Notes: a model not told the origin generated them from the letters alone. Shown: positions 9,902 through 19,939, counted from the stretch's first letter. The stretch is 64,000 bases of DNA from Candidatus Bathyarchaeota archaeon (GCA_963767735.1 CAVYES010000004.1:352001-416000), one strand, 5' to 3'. Numbers and translations are program-made.

Positions 9902-11020
9902 TTATTGTTTTTTACTTGCGTTTTGTATTAAAGTTTTCCACTTATTCTCTCCCTCTATCGTTATTCCGCATGCTTCGCTTGGAGTTTTTCCGCCTAATGC
10001 TTCGTGAGGTCGGATATAGTTGTGGAACAGTTGATAACCTGTTAAGATTGCTGTGTCGGTTGTTTTTAGTCCTCGCATGGTTTTTTCTCGGTCACGAATT
10101 TCACCGTTCATTCTTTCCATCTTGTTATTGTGAATTGCACCTGTCAGTCTAATCTCTTTAACATGTTCAGTTCTAGGACCTTTATTTGTCCAAAACTCTT
10201 TCTTGTAAGCGTCATTATAAGAGGGTAAACCATCGGTTATGAATGTCATAGGTTTCTTCCCCATCAATTTCTTAGACATTTTCAGTAGATTTTGCGCATC
10301 ATGTTTAAACTTCGTATCTGCCACTTCTTGAGCAATCCAAAACCTTGTCTCATCATCCATCATGGCGAAAAGATATTTCATATCACCTTTGACCTTTATC
10401 CATAGTTCATCGGCTCTCCATGTGTCGCTAACATTAGGAACAATTTTTTCTGTATATTCTTTCATGAGTTTAACGTATTTCTCAATCCAATTATCAATCG
10501 TTTGATAAGAAACATTTACACCTAAGAGCTTTAGAGACTTCATTGTGTTTCTAAGTGATTCACCGCTAAAGTACAGTTGCATAGCAGAAGTGATTGCTTG
10601 TGGGTTATGCTTCATACGCTCAAAACCAATATTGATTGTGAAGTAGTGGTGACAATCTCGGCAATAGAACTTCTGAATATTTCCTATCTTGTTTTTTCGT
10701 ATCCCGTCTTTTTTGAGGTTACTTGAACCGCAAAACTGGCAGTTACTAACATTAACTTCTTGGATAACTCGGTTAGTTTGAACTACTTTTCTTATTTGGC
10801 TTGAAAATTCAACCGCAAAAATATGCTTACACTTCACATGACGATACTTATTATCTGGACATTCACAGACAAATTCTCCGCAAACCTTAGCAACTGTGTA
10901 CTCACCATTTCCCGACTGAGATTTCACGGTGTATAAGCAATCATCTACTCTCTGAACATTATCAGATAAGTTTGCGATTGCTTGACCGCGTTCTTCTCTT
11001 GAGATTATTAGTTTACTCAT
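9902..11020 (-). CDS. IS6/IS240-type DDE transposase with N-terminal SWIM and zinc-ribbon domains
   Basis: SWIM CECPD...KCKH; CQFC/CRDC ribbon; HTH GESLRNT; DDE motifs WRADELWIKVKG, ITDGLPSY, NNKMERMN; FHNYIRPH. Confidence 0.92.
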   Translation of the reverse strand: MSKLIISREERGQAIANLSDNVQRVDDCLYTVKSQSGNGEYTVAKVCGEFVCECPDNKYRHVKCKHIFAVEFSSQIRKVVQTNRVIQEVNVSNCQFCGSSNLKKDGIRKNKIGNIQKFYCRDCHHYFTINIGFERMKHNPQAITSAMQLYFSGESLRNTMKSLKLLGVNVSYQTIDNWIEKYVKLMKEYTEKIVPNVSDTWRADELWIKVKGDMKYLFAMMDDETRFWIAQEVADTKFKHDAQNLLKMSKKLMGKKPMTFITDGLPSYNDAYKKEFWTNKGPRTEHVKEIRLTGAIHNNKMERMNGEIRDREKTMRGLKTTDTAILTGYQLFHNYIRPHEALGGKTPSEACGITIEGENKWKTLIQNASKKQ

Positions 11021-11036
11021 CTTTGTCGCCTTTTTA

Positions 11037-11060
11037 TCTACCTATGCATACATAGGTAGA
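11037..11060. promoter_or_regulatory. Palindromic operator-like site between the divergent transposase and AbrB-like genes
   Basis: TCTACCTATG-CATA-CATAGGTAGA, perfect 10-bp arms, next to TTATAAA TATA-like boxes. Confidence 0.55.
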
Positions 11061-11143
11061 GGGGGTTATAAATCTATCGGTGGATAAGGCGATAGACTTA
11101 AATAAATGTATAGAGGTAGATATGTAAGCAGAGGTAAATAAGT

Positions 11144-11317
11144 ATGAGTTTAAAAAGCACTGTTGGAATAGCAAAAACAGGAACAACTTCCCTTAGAGTC
11201 ACCATACCTGAAGGCTGTGTGGCATTTCTTGACTTAAAAGCTGGAGATAAGTTGGAATGGCGAATGGATATTAATGAAAAAGGTGAAAGAGTACTAGTTT
11301 CACGAAAAATCAGGTGA
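11144..11317 (+). CDS. AbrB/MazE/SpoVT-family DNA-binding protein (57 aa, not in ORF track)
   Basis: MSLKSTVGIAKTGTTSLRVTIPEGCVAFLDLKAGDKLEW... has the swapped-hairpin signature. GAGGT RBS; its stop overlaps the next start (GTGA). Confidence 0.8.
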   Translation: MSLKSTVGIAKTGTTSLRVTIPEGCVAFLDLKAGDKLEWRMDINEKGERVLVSRKIR

Positions 11318-11802
11318 TAACTTTGTCAGATGAACAAAACAAAATATCTGCCTTTCTTGACAATTTTATAAACGACTTTCTAAATGGAGATATAGAGATA
11401 ATCTACTCAAAAGCCAGAAAAATGACAACTTTTGTAAGAGAAAAGAGTTTTTTAGGAACCGAAAAACGAAAAGACCATAATACAGTACCTAACGACATAG
11501 GGTTTGCTATTAGAGATTATATGATAACAAAGTCAGATCCTGTAGCTCATCAGAATGCTACCAGTGAACTTTTCAATCTTATTGTGTTAGCAATTACTCA
11601 TCAAGTAATCAAGAGAACGAGTCTGTTAAAAACAAATATTGAACTTAGCAAAGAGAACGCTCAACTGAAAGAAGAAAAAGACAAACTTGAGAAAGAAAAT
11701 CAAAGGCTTAAACTTCTAAATGAACAGATACAAGCTATTTTCGATAAATACGGTTTCCAAAAATTAAAAAACGATAATGGTAAGGAAGGTGAAGACTTTT
11801 GA
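11314..11802 (+). CDS. Hypothetical protein with C-terminal coiled coil (IS passenger)
   Basis: Heptad run LSKENAQLKEEKDKLEKENQRLKLLNEQI; translationally coupled on both sides. Confidence 0.65.
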   Translation: MITLSDEQNKISAFLDNFINDFLNGDIEIIYSKARKMTTFVREKSFLGTEKRKDHNTVPNDIGFAIRDYMITKSDPVAHQNATSELFNLIVLAITHQVIKRTSLLKTNIELSKENAQLKEEKDKLEKENQRLKLLNEQIQAIFDKYGFQKLKNDNGKEGEDF

Positions 11803-12203
11803 TTGTCAAATGTTCTCATTGTAAACAAATGCTATCTTACGAGAATTTTGGCAGTCATGAATGTGATATGCCTCTAAAAAACACTAAGCGAATTGAAGTT
11901 ATCTATTTTCGAGATGACTCTTACAAAGGCAAAAAGCTAATGACTGGGTGGGGAACCGATGGGGTTCTATACACTTTTGAAGTTGTTCCACGAAAACCAA
12001 TCCCAATAACAACACCATTAACAGACGATAGTAACAGACGATTTTTGACAGACAACTTCAAACGGAACAAAACAGACGGAGACTTGACAGAACCTTTAAT
12101 AAATTTCTACCTCAGAATTTTCACAAAGCGCGCTGGCTTGTCCCTAATGTGTTATTTTTTGGTTCATGCGTCTATCTTGTCGTCTGCTTGGAATCAGAGT
12201 TAG
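11799..12203 (+). CDS. Zinc-finger-containing hypothetical protein reading out through the right TIR
   Basis: N-terminal CSHC...HEC. There is no stop inside the element, so the C-terminus comes from flanking DNA. Confidence 0.55.
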   Translation: MIVKCSHCKQMLSYENFGSHECDMPLKNTKRIEVIYFRDDSYKGKKLMTGWGTDGVLYTFEVVPRKPIPITTPLTDDSNRRFLTDNFKRNKTDGDLTEPLINFYLRIFTKRAGLSLMCYFLVHASILSSAWNQS

Positions 12204-13382
12204 TTCGGTTGATTTTTTATGTGCCGACGCAACCGCACAAATGGTCACTGCCAAGACACATACAACCACTAAAATGAGCGATGCAATGCTAAACTCCGGT
12301 ATGGTCGGGCTTGGAGACGGGGACGCAGCTGGAGAAACAGTGGGCGTAGGTGAAGTTATTGCGTTCGACGTGCTTATCACCGAAACCGTATCGCTGCCTT
12401 CATTTGTTACGTAGGCGTATGTGCCGTTGGGCGTTATAGCCACATCGTAAGGCTCGCCTCGATCGGTTATATTAGCCGTTATTGTGTTCGTTGCTGTGCT
12501 TATCACCGAGACCGAACTGCTGCCGGCATTTGTGATGTAGGCGTATGCGCCGTTGGGCGTTATAGCCACACCATAAGGCGCGCTTTCAGCGCCAAATATA
12601 TTGGGTCCAAAGTAGGTTGATATTGTCGCCGTCACTGTATTTGTCGCCGTGCTTATTACCGATACCAAACTGGTGTCGGCGGATGTCACGTAGGCGTATG
12701 CGCCGTCGGGTGTTACAGCCAAATCATAAGAATAGTCTCCATCAATTCGTATGTTAGCCGTTATTGTGTTAGCAGTTGTGTTTATAACCGAGATGCTATC
12801 GCCGCCAGTTATGACATAGGCGTAGGCTCCGTTGGGCGTTATAGCCACGCCCGTAGGATTGCTTAAACTTATCGCCGCCGCTAGAGTGTTCGTTGCCGTG
12901 TTTATCACCGAGACCGAATCGTTGGCGTAGCCATTTGAATTTGCGACATAAGCGTATGCACCGCTGGGAGTAACAGCCACAGCGGTAGGATAGTTTCCCG
13001 CGGGTATTGTAGCCGTTACTTTGTTCGTGGCTGTGTTTATCACCGAGACAGAACCATCGTTGACATCATTTGTTACGTAGGCGTATGCGCCGTTGGGTGT
13101 TACAGCCACACCAAGAGGGTCGTTAAAACCAGTTATTGTGGCCGTTACTGTGTTCGTAGCGGTGTTTATCACAGAAACCGTATTGCCCTCTTCATTTGCA
13201 ACGTAGGCGTAAGCGCCGCTGGGCGTTACAGCCACATCATTAGGAGCGGTTCCAACGGGTATTGTCGCCGTCACCGTCTGCGCTTGAACTGACTGGGGCG
13301 ATAATGATAAAGCATAGAACAAGAAGAGGACGACAAGAAGGATGCAAGCAACTTTCAACACGCTTGATGCCTCATGCTTCAT
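12144..13382 (-). CDS. Secreted YVTN/YncE beta-propeller surface protein with PEF-CTERM-like anchor
   Basis: Signal peptide; about seven VAxTPxGxYAYVTN...VSVIxTATN repeats; PT/PS linker; IPEFS followed by a TM helix and basic residues. Confidence 0.9.
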   Translation of the reverse strand: MKHEASSVLKVACILLVVLFLFYALSLSPQSVQAQTVTATIPVGTAPNDVAVTPSGAYAYVANEEGNTVSVINTATNTVTATITGFNDPLGVAVTPNGAYAYVTNDVNDGSVSVINTATNKVTATIPAGNYPTAVAVTPSGAYAYVANSNGYANDSVSVINTATNTLAAAISLSNPTGVAITPNGAYAYVITGGDSISVINTTANTITANIRIDGDYSYDLAVTPDGAYAYVTSADTSLVSVISTATNTVTATISTYFGPNIFGAESAPYGVAITPNGAYAYITNAGSSSVSVISTATNTITANITDRGEPYDVAITPNGTYAYVTNEGSDTVSVISTSNAITSPTPTVSPAASPSPSPTIPEFSIASLILVVVCVLAVTICAVASAHKKSTELTLIPSRRQDRRMNQKITH

Positions 13383-13653
13383 TCGTTCACCTCAACAGTC
13401 AAACCCTTCGGGCTACCTGTGCTCCAAACGGTTTTTTTCATTTGTTTTCCAACCTGCTATATTTCTTTAAAAAGATAAAAGGGTTCTTGTCAGCGCAATT
13501 CTGGGTTTATTCTCGATAAAAGGCGCATTTAGAGTCGATGCTCATATATTCAAAAAGTTGCAGGGTCGAATTGAAACGTTAAGGTTTTTACTGTTAGTGT
13601 TAAATAATAATAAGCTGTTAAATAATGGCTAGAGGATAGGAGGTCAAAGTGGT

Positions 13654-14085
13654 ATGAGCGAAAATAGTAACCCGGGGATTTTAGAAATCGAGATTGACCC
13701 CAGTGCTCTCAATTATCTTAAGAGAAGTGGCAATGTTTTCATACTTACGGATGTTCAAAATCCCCAGTACTCATATTACAAGATTAAGGGTTATGATGCT
13801 AAAGCCGATCTTATAATTAAATTCGAGGAGTTCGTTGAAATCTGCAAAACAATTCCTGATTCCCAAACTAATCCGCAAACAGAATTCACCACTGAAACAT
13901 TTGATGTGGCGTCCCCTGCAAAATTAAAGCATGACTTATCGTTTTATGTTGCGAAATCTGGTTTTTCAACCGTTAATGATTGGTTAACAACGTTAAATGT
14001 TGAGGATCAGATTCCGGAGTGTTCAACTGGACACAAAAAAACATTCTATCTTTATCATATACAGACCGCTCAAACAACTTCCTAA
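13654..14085 (+). CDS. Hypothetical protein (possibly ASCH/PUA-like)
   Basis: GGAGG RBS; YVAKSGFSTVNDWL resembles the C-terminal helix motif of ASCH-like proteins. Confidence 0.5.
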   Translation: MSENSNPGILEIEIDPSALNYLKRSGNVFILTDVQNPQYSYYKIKGYDAKADLIIKFEEFVEICKTIPDSQTNPQTEFTTETFDVASPAKLKHDLSFYVAKSGFSTVNDWLTTLNVEDQIPECSTGHKKTFYLYHIQTAQTTS

Positions 14086-14234
14086 AAAGCCACAGGCCAT
14101 TTTTGACCATCGATCTTTTCTTCTCCATTGTTTATGCAAGATATACCCACTATTGATGTTAATAATTTTGGATAAATTCGGGGTTCGCTTTATAAGCTAG
14201 GAATACTTGCTTGCACGGGAGATGAGATTACAGT

Positions 14235-15191
14235 ATGCCATTCAGCGATGTTCCCACGATTGAAGCAGTTAAGCTAACAAAACAATACGGATCCTTTACA
14301 GCGGTTTCCGAATTGAACCTCAAAATAGAGGGCGCAAAATGCGTCGGTTTCCTAGGCACCAACGGCGCAGGAAAAACAACCACACTTAAAATGTTCACAG
14401 ACTTGATTCATGCTTCCTCTGGAGAAGCCCTGATAAACGGCATAAACGTTCACACTGACAAGAAGGGAGCGCTGGCATCTGTTGCTGCGATTATTGAGAC
14501 GCCTGAAATTTATCCTTCACTGACGCCTCGCGAAGCGCTGGCGATGATTGCTGAATTCAGAGGCGTCCCAACAATAGAGATTAAAAAGAGAATTGAAGAA
14601 GCCGTGGCCGAAGTCCATATGAACGAATGGATCGATAAGCGAGTCGGCAAGTTCTCCAAAGGAATGAAACAGAGAATAAACATTGCCTCTGCACTTCTCA
14701 GTGACCCCTGCATCCTTCTTCTCGATGAACCCACTACAGGTCTTGATCCCAGAGGCATGAGCGAAGTGCGGGACATCGTCAAATCACTCAAGGGCAAGAA
14801 AAGATTGATTTTCATGAGTTCGCATCTTCTCAGCGAAGTTTCAGACGTATGCGACGAAGTCGCCATGATCGATCATGGCAAACTGCTTGTTTACGACACC
14901 ATTTCCAACGTGACCTCCAAATTTTCGGGAGGATCAAACGTGGTCGAAGTTGGTCTTCAGCATTCCATAGATCCTCAATTAATAACAAGAAACATAGCCA
15001 AAATCTCTGGCGTTAGCTCAGCCGAGCAAATGAACGATATAACACTGCGGATCAGGTTTAGCGGAGGCTTGGATGTTCAGGAACAGATTCTCGTTCAATT
15101 GGTAAAGTTGAATATCGGGGTCATAAGTTATAGACCTGCGGCTTCGGAGCTTGAAGACGTCTATCTTAATCTGATTAAGGATACGGTGTGA
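14235..15191 (+). CDS. ABC-2 type transporter ATP-binding subunit
   Basis: Walker A GTNGAGKTT, signature FSKGMKQR, Walker B LLLDEP, H-loop SSH. Confidence 0.95.
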   Translation: MPFSDVPTIEAVKLTKQYGSFTAVSELNLKIEGAKCVGFLGTNGAGKTTTLKMFTDLIHASSGEALINGINVHTDKKGALASVAAIIETPEIYPSLTPREALAMIAEFRGVPTIEIKKRIEEAVAEVHMNEWIDKRVGKFSKGMKQRINIASALLSDPCILLLDEPTTGLDPRGMSEVRDIVKSLKGKKRLIFMSSHLLSEVSDVCDEVAMIDHGKLLVYDTISNVTSKFSGGSNVVEVGLQHSIDPQLITRNIAKISGVSSAEQMNDITLRIRFSGGLDVQEQILVQLVKLNIGVISYRPAASELEDVYLNLIKDTV

Positions 15192-16057
15192 TAAATATGA
15201 CTGAAACAGGAACACAATGTGGAAATAACGTGCCCAGCAGCATGGCGCAAGTCCGAATATCAATGAAGTATACGCTTTTAGAATACTTGAGGTCGCGCCG
15301 TTTCCTTATAATGCTGATTATTACTCTTTTAATAGCCGCCCTTCTCACAATCATAGTGGCTTGGCGGCGTCCCGCAGGTTTTGTAACTACAAACCTCGGG
15401 TTCTATTCCAGTTGGTGGGGAACTGCCATAACCCTCGTAATTATCCTGGCTGGAATTTTCTTTGGGGGAGATGCCATTTCAGGAGAGTTTCAGAATAAAA
15501 CAGGTTACTTCGGAATCCCTAACCCAATTAGACGGTCATCAATATACATTGGGAAATGGTTGTCGGCTTTCTTAGCGGCAACCGCAATAATGCTCATATT
15601 CGCTGCAATTACAATCGCCAACGGATTTTACTATTTTGGCTCATCCGGTTTACCATATCAATTCCTTGAGTCTTTGCTTTTCGCATGGTTTTATCTCGCT
15701 GCGGTCTTGGGATTGGCGTTCTTTTTCAGTTCGCTGTTTAAAAGCAGTTCCATGTCTATTCTTGTAACGGTTATCCTCTTACTGTTCGGATTCACACTAA
15801 TTTCGACGCTGGTCTCAGACCTTGTCGGAATAGAACCTTGGTTCATTCTAACTTATGGGTCGGGGATAATAGGAAACATATTACAATCGCCTTATCCCCT
15901 TCCCAAGGTCACGACATCTTCGACGTTTGGTCCTCGTACAATTACTACTACCACATTCGCCGCAACGGTTCCTCAAGGACTCGCCATCATAGGAATATAC
16001 TTCATCGTCACCGCAGTGTTGGGGCTACTGCTATTCGAAAGAAAAGAATTCAACTAA
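15188..16057 (+). CDS. ABC-2 type transporter permease
   Basis: About six TM helices; DAISGEFQNKT...PIRRSSIYIGK motif; coupled to the ATPase. Confidence 0.9.
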   Translation: MINMTETGTQCGNNVPSSMAQVRISMKYTLLEYLRSRRFLIMLIITLLIAALLTIIVAWRRPAGFVTTNLGFYSSWWGTAITLVIILAGIFFGGDAISGEFQNKTGYFGIPNPIRRSSIYIGKWLSAFLAATAIMLIFAAITIANGFYYFGSSGLPYQFLESLLFAWFYLAAVLGLAFFFSSLFKSSSMSILVTVILLLFGFTLISTLVSDLVGIEPWFILTYGSGIIGNILQSPYPLPKVTTSSTFGPRTITTTTFAATVPQGLAIIGIYFIVTAVLGLLLFERKEFN

Positions 16058-16311
16058 AACAGCAAATTCCAAATCGCTAACGTTGCTAGTCGTTCGTTCA
16101 AACACGGGCGGCTCACCATTTTTCATATTTTTATGATGCTTAAATTTGTTTTTTAAGGAATTGCAGCAATGGTTTGGAAGGGGAATGGCTGAGTTTTCGT
16201 AGCTTTAGATTCACATCAAACCTGATTTTCGTTTACTGTAAGCGTTGGCACTGTTATTTTTATGACTGAAATAGGCTAAAATATATTCAAGTTGGACGTT
16301 AAGTTCAAGCG

Positions 16312-17094
16312 ATGTCCTTGGTGTCACATCAAAATCTTAAATGGCTACGGCGAAAAGCTCCTCAACTGATTGCTATAGCCATCGCTGTCATAGTTGTCGT
16401 TTATTTCGTTCTTGATTTTTTGGAGGACGTCGTCATCGGAGGCGCACCGGTGACTAGCGAACCAATAATTAGCCTTATCCTTTCTATAACTCGCGGCGTA
16501 ACTGGGGCAGTGCAGACTTGGGGTTACTCGGGCATCTTTGGGTTGATGCTGCTTGAATCAAGCTCGCTGCCTATCCCGAGCGAGGTGATTCTTCCGTTCG
16601 CAGGTTACTTAGCTTCCATGGGGCAACTTGATTTTTGGGTAACCGTAGCACTTGCAACTGTTGCGGGTTTGGCGGGTTCACTTATTGATTACTACATCGG
16701 ATTAAAAGGCGTTCAATCTCTAATGAAACACAAAATTCTGGGCAAAGCTGTTTTGTCAACAAGCCAGCTCGAAGTTGCTGAAAAATGGTTTATCAAGTAC
16801 GGCAGCTTAATGGTTTTTGTAAGCCGCATAATTCCTGGTTTTCGAACAACTTTTTCGTTTCCAGCCGGCGCCGCCAAAATGAAGCTGACAAAGTTCATCT
16901 CTTTCACCATTGCAGGCTGTTTACTTTGGAATGTGATTTTGGTTTACTTGGGCTGGTATCTGGGCAAAAACTGGACACAAGTTGCAGGAGTCTCCCATTA
17001 CTTAATCGTCGCAGCCGTGGCAACCATATTAATCGTCATTGTCCTTTACCTATTTATGAGAAGTCGAAAAAAGCAAGCGGCAAAAACTCAATAA
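16312..17094 (+). CDS. DedA-family membrane protein
   Basis: LLESSSLPIPSEVILPFAG, SRIIPGFRT, PAG motifs. Confidence 0.92.
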   Translation: MSLVSHQNLKWLRRKAPQLIAIAIAVIVVVYFVLDFLEDVVIGGAPVTSEPIISLILSITRGVTGAVQTWGYSGIFGLMLLESSSLPIPSEVILPFAGYLASMGQLDFWVTVALATVAGLAGSLIDYYIGLKGVQSLMKHKILGKAVLSTSQLEVAEKWFIKYGSLMVFVSRIIPGFRTTFSFPAGAAKMKLTKFISFTIAGCLLWNVILVYLGWYLGKNWTQVAGVSHYLIVAAVATILIVIVLYLFMRSRKKQAAKTQ

Positions 17095-17118
17095 AAATAA
17101 GATAAAATTTGGGAGCGT

Positions 17119-18162
17119 TTAAGGTGTTTTGGTTATCTTTGGTTTAACTTCCCCTTTAATGCCGATGTCTTTTGCTTCTTGAACCTGCAGCATGCAATCT
17201 ACGTGAGATGCTTCATTGAATACTTTATAGTCAATCGTTTTCAGGAATGCGGCGTCGATTGAAACTGGCGAGTCGGAAGCAAAGATGCCGACGTCCTTCA
17301 TCATAACTTCGCCTGGATTAGGCATGCAGTCGCAGTATGGTGTAATGTCTCTGGCAAAGCTGACGTATGACACTTTTTTCGGTTTAAAGGTGGAGAGTAC
17401 CCCGTAGGCGGCTGAAGCAAGTGCCCTGCAGATGTTTTCCTGATGCGTAAAACTTATGGCTTCCATGGGGCAACCCTGTTTGCAGACTGGGCAACGCATG
17501 CATAAATTTGAGCTGTTTCTTGCTTTTCCCTCAACGATTTCAGGCAACTCCAATTCGCAGTTTTCTCTGCATTTACCGCAGCCGATGCATTTGGACGTAT
17601 CTATTTCTAAGCCTACTGTTCTATGCTGCCGAAGCTTGCCCGCTCGTGGTGTGCAGCCCATGCCCAAGTTTTTTATGGCGCCGCCGAACCCGCTGAGTTC
17701 ATGCCCCTTATCATGCGAGACAACAATCATCGCATCAGCCTCCGCGATAGCGCCTGAAACTTCAATCTCTTTCAGTATGCCCTTGGTGGGGACTGTTCGG
17801 TAGTTTTCTCCTCTGAGCCCATCTGCCACGATAAAGGGTGCCAAGTTGAAGCCATTTGTCAACGCCGTAACCATGTGGTCGTAGGCGTTGCTGCGCTGCG
17901 CGTGATACAGTGTGTTTGAGTCTGTAAGGAACGGTTTGCCACCTGCCTCCTTAACCCTGCGGATTACGTCATGGACAAAAAACGGCTGCACATAATTCGG
18001 GTTGCCTAACTCGCCCACATGCAACTTCACAGCTACAAGGTCACCCTTCGCTATGCAGTCAAAAGTGCCGGCTTCATCATAGAGACGATTTGCCTCCGCC
18101 ATGAGGTTACGGCTAGTATCCCAAGGAAGTAAATGAACAACCATGTTAATCACTTTCTTCAC
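17119..18162 (-). CDS. DUF362 family protein with inserted 2x[4Fe-4S] ferredoxin domain
   Basis: VKLHVGELGN, SHDKGHELSGFGGAIKNLGMG, CIGCGKC, CMRCPVCKQGCP, PYCDC, DPV-like SPVSIDAA. Confidence 0.88.
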   Translation of the reverse strand: MKKVINMVVHLLPWDTSRNLMAEANRLYDEAGTFDCIAKGDLVAVKLHVGELGNPNYVQPFFVHDVIRRVKEAGGKPFLTDSNTLYHAQRSNAYDHMVTALTNGFNLAPFIVADGLRGENYRTVPTKGILKEIEVSGAIAEADAMIVVSHDKGHELSGFGGAIKNLGMGCTPRAGKLRQHRTVGLEIDTSKCIGCGKCRENCELELPEIVEGKARNSSNLCMRCPVCKQGCPMEAISFTHQENICRALASAAYGVLSTFKPKKVSYVSFARDITPYCDCMPNPGEVMMKDVGIFASDSPVSIDAAFLKTIDYKVFNEASHVDCMLQVQEAKDIGIKGEVKPKITKTP

Positions 18163-18282
18163 CTTTCAGTATTTCAGAATTTTTATATAAATGTAATCTG
18201 TAGAATTGATGCTTTTCAAAATAACGGAAGGAAATTGAAATATATTGTAATGTTATTGTCATGTTTTCAGAAGTAATAGTTC

Positions 18283-19185
18283 ATGGGCACGCTTGAATGC
18301 AAAGGGTTAACAAAGGTTTACGAAGACCACCGCAAAGCTCTCGAAAACGTCTCCTTTTCAGTGGATACTAAAGGTATTTTTGCTTTAATCGGCAGAAACG
18401 GCGCTGGAAAAACCACGCTTATCAGAATCCTTGCCACGGAGCTTCAACCTACCGCTGGAAGCGCAAGCATTAACGGTTTGGATGTTGTTGCGCAGGATAG
18501 TAAGTTAAGGGAGAAAATTGCAATTGTTCCACAGGAAGCCAGAGCTGTAAGGTGGATGACAGCCAAACAAACTGTTTTTTCATATCTTCTTTGGCGAGGC
18601 TGGAGCTACAAGCACGCAAAGAGGCTTGCTGATGAATCGCTTGCAAAGCTCGGCTTAGAACAATACGCTAATGTATTAACCAACAAGCTCTCAGGCGGCA
18701 CAAAAAGAAAGGTTCTCCTCGCAACTGTAACCGCCTCCGAAGCAGATGTTATTTTTCTTGATGAACCGACCACAGGCTTGGACCCGATTTCAAGGCGGGA
18801 ATTATGGGAAATTCTCAGAGCTCTGGGTAAAGAACGGTTTATTTTTCTTACAACTCACTATCTTGAAGAGGCAGAGCAACTTGCGGATAAAATCGGTATT
18901 CTTAAAGACGGAAAACTGGTCTCATTCGGCACACTTCCTGAGCTGAGAAAAACCGTTAGATACCAGTACAGTATCAAACTGCCTCCTAAAGCGCAAGTTC
19001 CACAGTTGAAGGATGCTGAGGTAACCACAGACCAAAGCGGCGTCACACAGATAATGACCAATGAAGACGAAGCCTTCAGCTTAGCCAAAGCATTCGCTGA
19101 GCAAGCAGTAAAATTCTCTATTGCTCCAGTCACCTTGGACGACATTTTCTTCTACCTTGTCGGGCAAAAAGCGAGGGATGAATAA
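18283..19185 (+). CDS. ABC-2 type transporter ATP-binding subunit
   Basis: GRNGAGKTT, LSGGTKRK, FLDEPTTG, TTHYLEEA. Confidence 0.95.
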   Translation: MGTLECKGLTKVYEDHRKALENVSFSVDTKGIFALIGRNGAGKTTLIRILATELQPTAGSASINGLDVVAQDSKLREKIAIVPQEARAVRWMTAKQTVFSYLLWRGWSYKHAKRLADESLAKLGLEQYANVLTNKLSGGTKRKVLLATVTASEADVIFLDEPTTGLDPISRRELWEILRALGKERFIFLTTHYLEEAEQLADKIGILKDGKLVSFGTLPELRKTVRYQYSIKLPPKAQVPQLKDAEVTTDQSGVTQIMTNEDEAFSLAKAFAEQAVKFSIAPVTLDDIFFYLVGQKARDE

Positions 19186-19928
19186 CGAAGCGCAGCAAAC
19201 TCAGCCAACTTCTAGCAGGAATTCTGGTAAATGCCATTTATGAAATGGTAAACTACCCTATCGTTTTAATAAGCGCCGTCATCGCACCGTTCTCTATTCT
19301 GATTGTAATCACCTTCATATCACATGGCAGTCTTTTCGGAACAGCCATTGAAGGCGGATTGATAATGACTTTCTTCTCCAGCGGAATTTCACTCCAATCT
19401 GACCTTTCTCACTTAAAAAACGACTTCAAACTTCAAGACATGATTGTGAGCTCGCCGACAAGTTCAACCTTATACATGGGCGGAATGACTCTTGCCGAAA
19501 TAGTTTACTCAATTCCCTCTTTAGTTATCCTTATTGCGCTCGCCGGATTCTATCTGCAGCATTCGCTTCTTCAAATAGGAATCTTATCCATTGCGCTATT
19601 GCTGATATTTGCTGTCTCAGTAGCTTCAGGGTTCATGCTATCCACTTTCTCAAATGATGTAGTTCAGAGCTATGCGTTCTCCAGACTTATTTCACTATTG
19701 TTTACCACGTTGCCGCCCGTATATTACCCGATAACCTATGTTCCAGTGGATTACAGGTACATCGCGTATCTTTCGCCGACAACATACGTGGCGGAAATTA
19801 TGCAGTCGGCAACAGGCTACCTCAAAATCTCTACTAACAATCTAATTTTTGATTGGGCGGTACTGGCAGCAGTCTGCGCCATTGTCCTATTCATTGCTGT
19901 AAAGAAGACCCGATGGAAAGATGTTTAG
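19182..19928 (+). CDS. ABC-2 type transporter permease (possible ATA start at 19182; first ATG 19245)
   Basis: Six TM helices with PVYYP and YLSPTTY motifs. The frame is open from an ATA that overlaps the ATPase stop (ATAA). Confidence 0.85.
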   Translation: MTKRSKLSQLLAGILVNAIYEMVNYPIVLISAVIAPFSILIVITFISHGSLFGTAIEGGLIMTFFSSGISLQSDLSHLKNDFKLQDMIVSSPTSSTLYMGGMTLAEIVYSIPSLVILIALAGFYLQHSLLQIGILSIALLLIFAVSVASGFMLSTFSNDVVQSYAFSRLISLLFTTLPPVYYPITYVPVDYRYIAYLSPTTYVAEIMQSATGYLKISTNNLIFDWAVLAAVCAIVLFIAVKKTRWKDV

Positions 19929-19939
19929 GAGCTTAAAAC

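Larger units (their letters stand above)
8884..12094. mobile_element. IS6-family insertion sequence with passenger genes (3211 bp)
   Basis: TIRs GGTTCTGTCAAGTCTCCGT(T/C)TGTT at 8884-8907 and 12071-12094 (23/24 match). Perfect 8-bp TSD TTTAATAA at 8876-8883 and 12095-12102. Contains a DDE transposase; AT-rich interior. Confidence 0.92.

Noticed and set aside
12370-13270. ~125-bp nucleotide repeats
   Set aside because: They are YVTN propeller blades within a CDS.
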